A stretch of DNA of 64,000 nucleotides from Bryobacterales bacterium (GTDB taxonomy: Bacteria > Acidobacteriota > Terriglobia > Bryobacterales > Bryobacteraceae), in the NCBI GenBank assembly GCA_963752695.1, contig CAVVZB010000001.1, positions 430,989 through 494,988 of the forward strand, given 5' to 3'. This document shows, piece by piece, positions 60,603 through 64,000 of this stretch. Below the pieces are notes generated by a model. The model made no database searches. It was given only the letters and a program-made list of their open reading frames with translations, and was not told the origin of the DNA. Every line of letters begins with the position of its first letter. Position 1 is the first letter of the stretch. The position numbers and the translations under genes were made by a program.

Positions 60603-63600
60603 CTAGCTGGCCAGTGTCTCCATTGCGTCTGCCCCGCAAATGCGTTCGAGTTCGGCGCGGAACCCGCGATCCGGTCGGACCATCGCGGGAATGTCCAATA
60701 AGACGCTGAAGTCCCCCGGCGATTCCAACTTGAGCCGGACATGCGTTTCCCCAGGCTTTTCCGAAAACAGCCGCGATAGCTCAGAGGCGCGATCGATGCC
60801 GTTCTTTCCGAGCCGGACCTTCACCGCAACCAGCGAAGGCATGGGAACGCGTACCAAATCAAGCGGCACGATCTCCTGCACAGACACCTTGGTTGCCACG
60901 CCTTCCTCCGGCAGCGCCGTCGCCCGCACCAACACCGCCCGATCTTCTTCCAGCATCGACAGCAGCCGCTCGTACTGCGTCGTGAAGAGCAGCGCTTCGG
61001 TGGCGCCCTCGCGATCTTCCAATTGCATCACCGCCCACGGCTTGCCTTCGCGGTTGCGCTTCCTTACGATGCCCGTAAGCACGCCGCACAGCGCCACGTC
61101 CGCACCCTTAGCTAAGCCTTCGAGGCTGCCGCTGGTATGGGTGGCCACTTCGCAGATCTTGTCTTCGTATTGATCCAGCGGATGCCCGGTCACATAGAAC
61201 CCGAGCATGTCCTTTTCGGCCTGCAGCTTGTCTCGCGCCGTCCAATCCTGCGCTCGCGGCAAGGACGGCTCGGGCGTGTCCACGTCCGCCGCCAACATGC
61301 CGAACAAATCCTCCTGGCCCGACGCCCGATCGCGCAAACTGCGCATCCCGGTCTCCATCGCGCCTTCCACCGCCAGCATCAACTGCGCGCGCGTCCCGTT
61401 CAACCCATCCATGGCGCCCGCGCGAATCAGACTCTCCACCATTCGGCGATTGATCTGGCTGATGTCCACCTTTTCGCAAAAATGAAAGAGCGAGCGGAAC
61501 CGGCCAACTTCCTGCCGCGCCTTCACCACCGCATCCACAGCCGTCCCACCCACGTTCTTGATCGCTCCCAGGCCAAAGCGAATCGCATCCCCGTCCGGCG
61601 TGAAGTTGCAATCGCTCGCGTTCACGTCCGGCGGCAGCACGCGGATCTTCATCTCGCGGCATTCGTTGATGTACTTGACCACCTTGGGGACGTTCCCCGT
61701 TTCCGATGTCAGCAGCGCCGCCATGAAATCCACGCGATAGTGCGCCTTCAAGTACGCGGTCACAAATGCCAGGTACGCATACGCCGCCGAGTGCGACTTG
61801 TTGAACCCGTAGCCGGCGAACTGCTCCATCAGGTCGAAGATCTTCTCCACCTTCTTCGCCGGATGACCCTTGGCAGCCGCGCCGGTGATAAACCGCTCGC
61901 GTTGCTTGGCCATCTCCTCGGCCTTTTTCTTACCCATCGCGCGCCGCAACAGATCGGCTTCCCCGAGAGAGTATCCGGCGATCCTGCTCGAGATCTGCAT
62001 CACCTGTTCCTGATACAAAATCACGCCGTAAGTCTCTTCGAGCACGCCTTTCAAATCGGGCAGCTCATACACGATTGGTTTGCGGCCGTGCTTGCGCTCG
62101 ATGAAATCGTCCAGCATTCCGCCTTGCATCGGCCCAGGACGGTACAGCGCGTTTAACGCTGTTAAGTCCTCGATGCGCGATGGCTGATAGCGCCTCAGAA
62201 TGTCGCGCATGCCGGGCGATTCGAACTGAAACACGCCGCTGGTGAAGCCCTTGCAGAACAGCTCGTAGCTCTGCGGATCGTCCAGCGGCAGATCTTCCAT
62301 CACCAGCTTGACTTTATGCCGCTTCTCGATATTGCGCATCGCATCTTCGATCAGCGTCAGCGTCGTCAGGCCCAGAAAATCCATCTTGAGAAGCGCCAGC
62401 TTCTCCAGGCCGTTCATGTCGTACTGGGTGACAATTTCGTCGCGATTGGTGCGGTAGAGCGGCACCAGGTTCTTCAGCGGTTCGGGCGAAATCACAACGC
62501 CGGCCGCGTGCACCGACGAGTTCCGCGCCAGGCCTTCGAGCTTGAGGCTGGTATCCAGTACGTCCCGCATGCGCGAGTCTTTGCGCGCCGCCTCGTCAAA
62601 CCCGGGCTCGGCCTTCATCGCGTCTTTCAGCTTGATGTTGAGCGGCATGCCCGGCACCAGCTTGCTGAGCTTATCCACGTCCCCGTAGCTGATATCGAGC
62701 ACGCGCCCCACGTCTTTTATGGCCGCGCGCGTGCCCAACGTATTGAAGGTGATAATCTGCGCCACCTGCTCGCGCCCGTACTTCTCGGTCACGTACCGGA
62801 TCACCTCGCCACGCCGGTTCATGCAGAAATCGATATCGATATCCGGCATTGAAATGCGTTCCGGATTCAGAAAGCGCTCAAATAGCAGGCCATACTGCAA
62901 AGGATCGATATCGGTGATCTCCATTGCGTAGCTCACCAGGCTGCCCGCCGCCGAGCCGCGCCCGGGACCTACCGCAATTCCCGCGTCTTTGGCATAGCGG
63001 ATGAAGTCCCAAACGATCAGAAAATAGCCCGAGAACCGCATCTGCTGGATCATGCGGATCTCAAAATCCATCCGCTCCAGGTAATCCGGCAGCGCGCAGC
63101 GCAGCTTGCCCGCCGCCGCCAACGCTTCCAAACGCCCGCGCCGCTTCTCGAAGCCCTGACGCGCGACGAACTCGAAATACGTGTCGATGGAATGCGCTGG
63201 CGGAACGTCAAACTTCGGAAACGGTTCCTTAACCTTTTCGAGCTTCACCTGACAGCGTTGCGCGATCTCCCACGGGCGATCCACCGCGTCGGGCAATTCG
63301 CCAAACAACTGCAGCATTTCCTCTTTCGTCTTGAGGTAGAACTCGGGATGGTCGAACCGCATCCGGTTGGGATCGGACATGGTCTTGCCCGTCTGGATGC
63401 ACATCAGGATTTCGTGCGCCCGCGCATCATCCTTGCGCAAGTAGTGCGCGTCGTTGGTGGCAACCAGCGGAATGCCGGTTTCGCGCGACATGCGCACCAG
63501 CCCCGGCGTTACCACCTTATCGTGATCGATGCCGTGGTCCTGCACTTCGAGAAAGAAATTGTCTTTTCCGAACAGGTCCTGATACTCGTGCGCGAGGCGG

Positions 63601-64000
63601 CGAGCATCGCTATAACGATCCGCGATGATGGTCTCGTTGATGTCCCCGCGCAAGCACGCCGAAAGCGCAATCAGCCCCTTCGAATGGCGGTTTAGCAGGT
63701 CTTTGTCGATCCGCGGCTTATAGTAAAAGCCGTCCAGAAACCCCGTGCTGACCAGATTGATCAGGTTGCGATAACCCTCCTGGTTCTCGCACAGCAGTAC
63801 CAGATGGTTGTAGCGGTCGGTCTCCGAACGCGTCTTGTGACCGCGTTGCGAGACGTACACCTCGCAGCCGAGTACGGGGTGAATGCCGTTCTCCTTGGCG
63901 GTGTTATAGAACTGCACGGCGCCGAACATATTTCCGTGATCGGTCATCGCGATAGCCGGCATATTCTGCTCGGTCGCGACTTTCATCAATTGGCCGATCT
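60603..64000 (-). CDS. dnaE: DNA polymerase III alpha subunit (5' end outside the window)
   Basis: TDHGNMFG PHP motif, GPGRGSAAGS, MPDIDIDF, KMDFLGL, GYGFNKSHS; frame open to the window edge. Confidence 0.97.
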   Translation of the reverse strand, partial: IGQLMKVATEQNMPAIAMTDHGNMFGAVQFYNTAKENGIHPVLGCEVYVSQRGHKTRSETDRYNHLVLLCENQEGYRNLINLVSTGFLDGFYYKPRIDKDLLNRHSKGLIALSACLRGDINETIIADRYSDARRLAHEYQDLFGKDNFFLEVQDHGIDHDKVVTPGLVRMSRETGIPLVATNDAHYLRKDDARAHEILMCIQTGKTMSDPNRMRFDHPEFYLKTKEEMLQLFGELPDAVDRPWEIAQRCQVKLEKVKEPFPKFDVPPAHSIDTYFEFVARQGFEKRRGRLEALAAAGKLRCALPDYLERMDFEIRMIQQMRFSGYFLIVWDFIRYAKDAGIAVGPGRGSAAGSLVSYAMEITDIDPLQYGLLFERFLNPERISMPDIDIDFCMNRRGEVIRYVTEKYGREQVAQIITFNTLGTRAAIKDVGRVLDISYGDVDKLSKLVPGMPLNIKLKDAMKAEPGFDEAARKDSRMRDVLDTSLKLEGLARNSSVHAAGVVISPEPLKNLVPLYRTNRDEIVTQYDMNGLEKLALLKMDFLGLTTLTLIEDAMRNIEKRHKVKLVMEDLPLDDPQSYELFCKGFTSGVFQFESPGMRDILRRYQPSRIEDLTALNALYRPGPMQGGMLDDFIERKHGRKPIVYELPDLKGVLEETYGVILYQEQVMQISSRIAGYSLGEADLLRRAMGKKKAEEMAKQRERFITGAAAKGHPAKKVEKIFDLMEQFAGYGFNKSHSAAYAYLAFVTAYLKAHYRVDFMAALLTSETGNVPKVVKYINECREMKIRVLPPDVNASDCNFTPDGDAIRFGLGAIKNVGGTAVDAVVKARQEVGRFRSLFHFCEKVDISQINRRMVESLIRAGAMDGLNGTRAQLMLAVEGAMETGMRSLRDRASGQEDLFGMLAADVDTPEPSLPRAQDWTARDKLQAEKDMLGFYVTGHPLDQYEDKICEVATHTSGSLEGLAKGADVALCGVLTGIVRKRNREGKPWAVMQLEDREGATEALLFTTQYERLLSMLEEDRAVLVRATALPEEGVATKVSVQEIVPLDLVRVPMPSLVAVKVRLGKNGIDRASELSRLFSEKPGETHVRLKLESPGDFSVLLDIPAMVRPDRGFRAELERICGADAMETLAS

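Overview
GC-rich bacterial chromosome segment. The gene families (CRTAC1/FG-GAP protein, signal-peptide fibre proteins, dnaA-dnaN-gyrB without recF) suggest an Acidobacteriota organism of the Bryobacteraceae/Solibacter type; this is inference. Left to right: (1) a surface-glycan locus with a collagen/tailspike-like secreted fibre gene that runs off the left edge and is absent from the ORF track, a GT-C glycosyltransferase, and an O-antigen-ligase/Wzy-like gene split by a T7 frameshift; (2) an orphan infC; (3) a tight operon with three different amide-bond ligase folds plus a peptidase, an esterase, an SGNH hydrolase and a tiny terminal ORF; (4) carbohydrate and housekeeping genes, a frameshifted relic gene and a 6S RNA; (5) an exopolysaccharide locus with WecA, an apparently catalytically dead monotopic phosphoglycosyl transferase, GT2, Wzy-like, FkbH/ACP/VOC, an acyltransferase, AsnB and a second fibre protein with 46-aa repeats; (6) an ethylene-receptor-like histidine kinase paired with a hybrid kinase; (7) a lone gene flanked by 13-bp direct repeats; (8) core genes acs, ygfZ, cysH, tRNA-Gly, dnaA, dnaN, gyrB, accA and dnaE (partial). 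No CRISPR array, transposase or integrase was seen.
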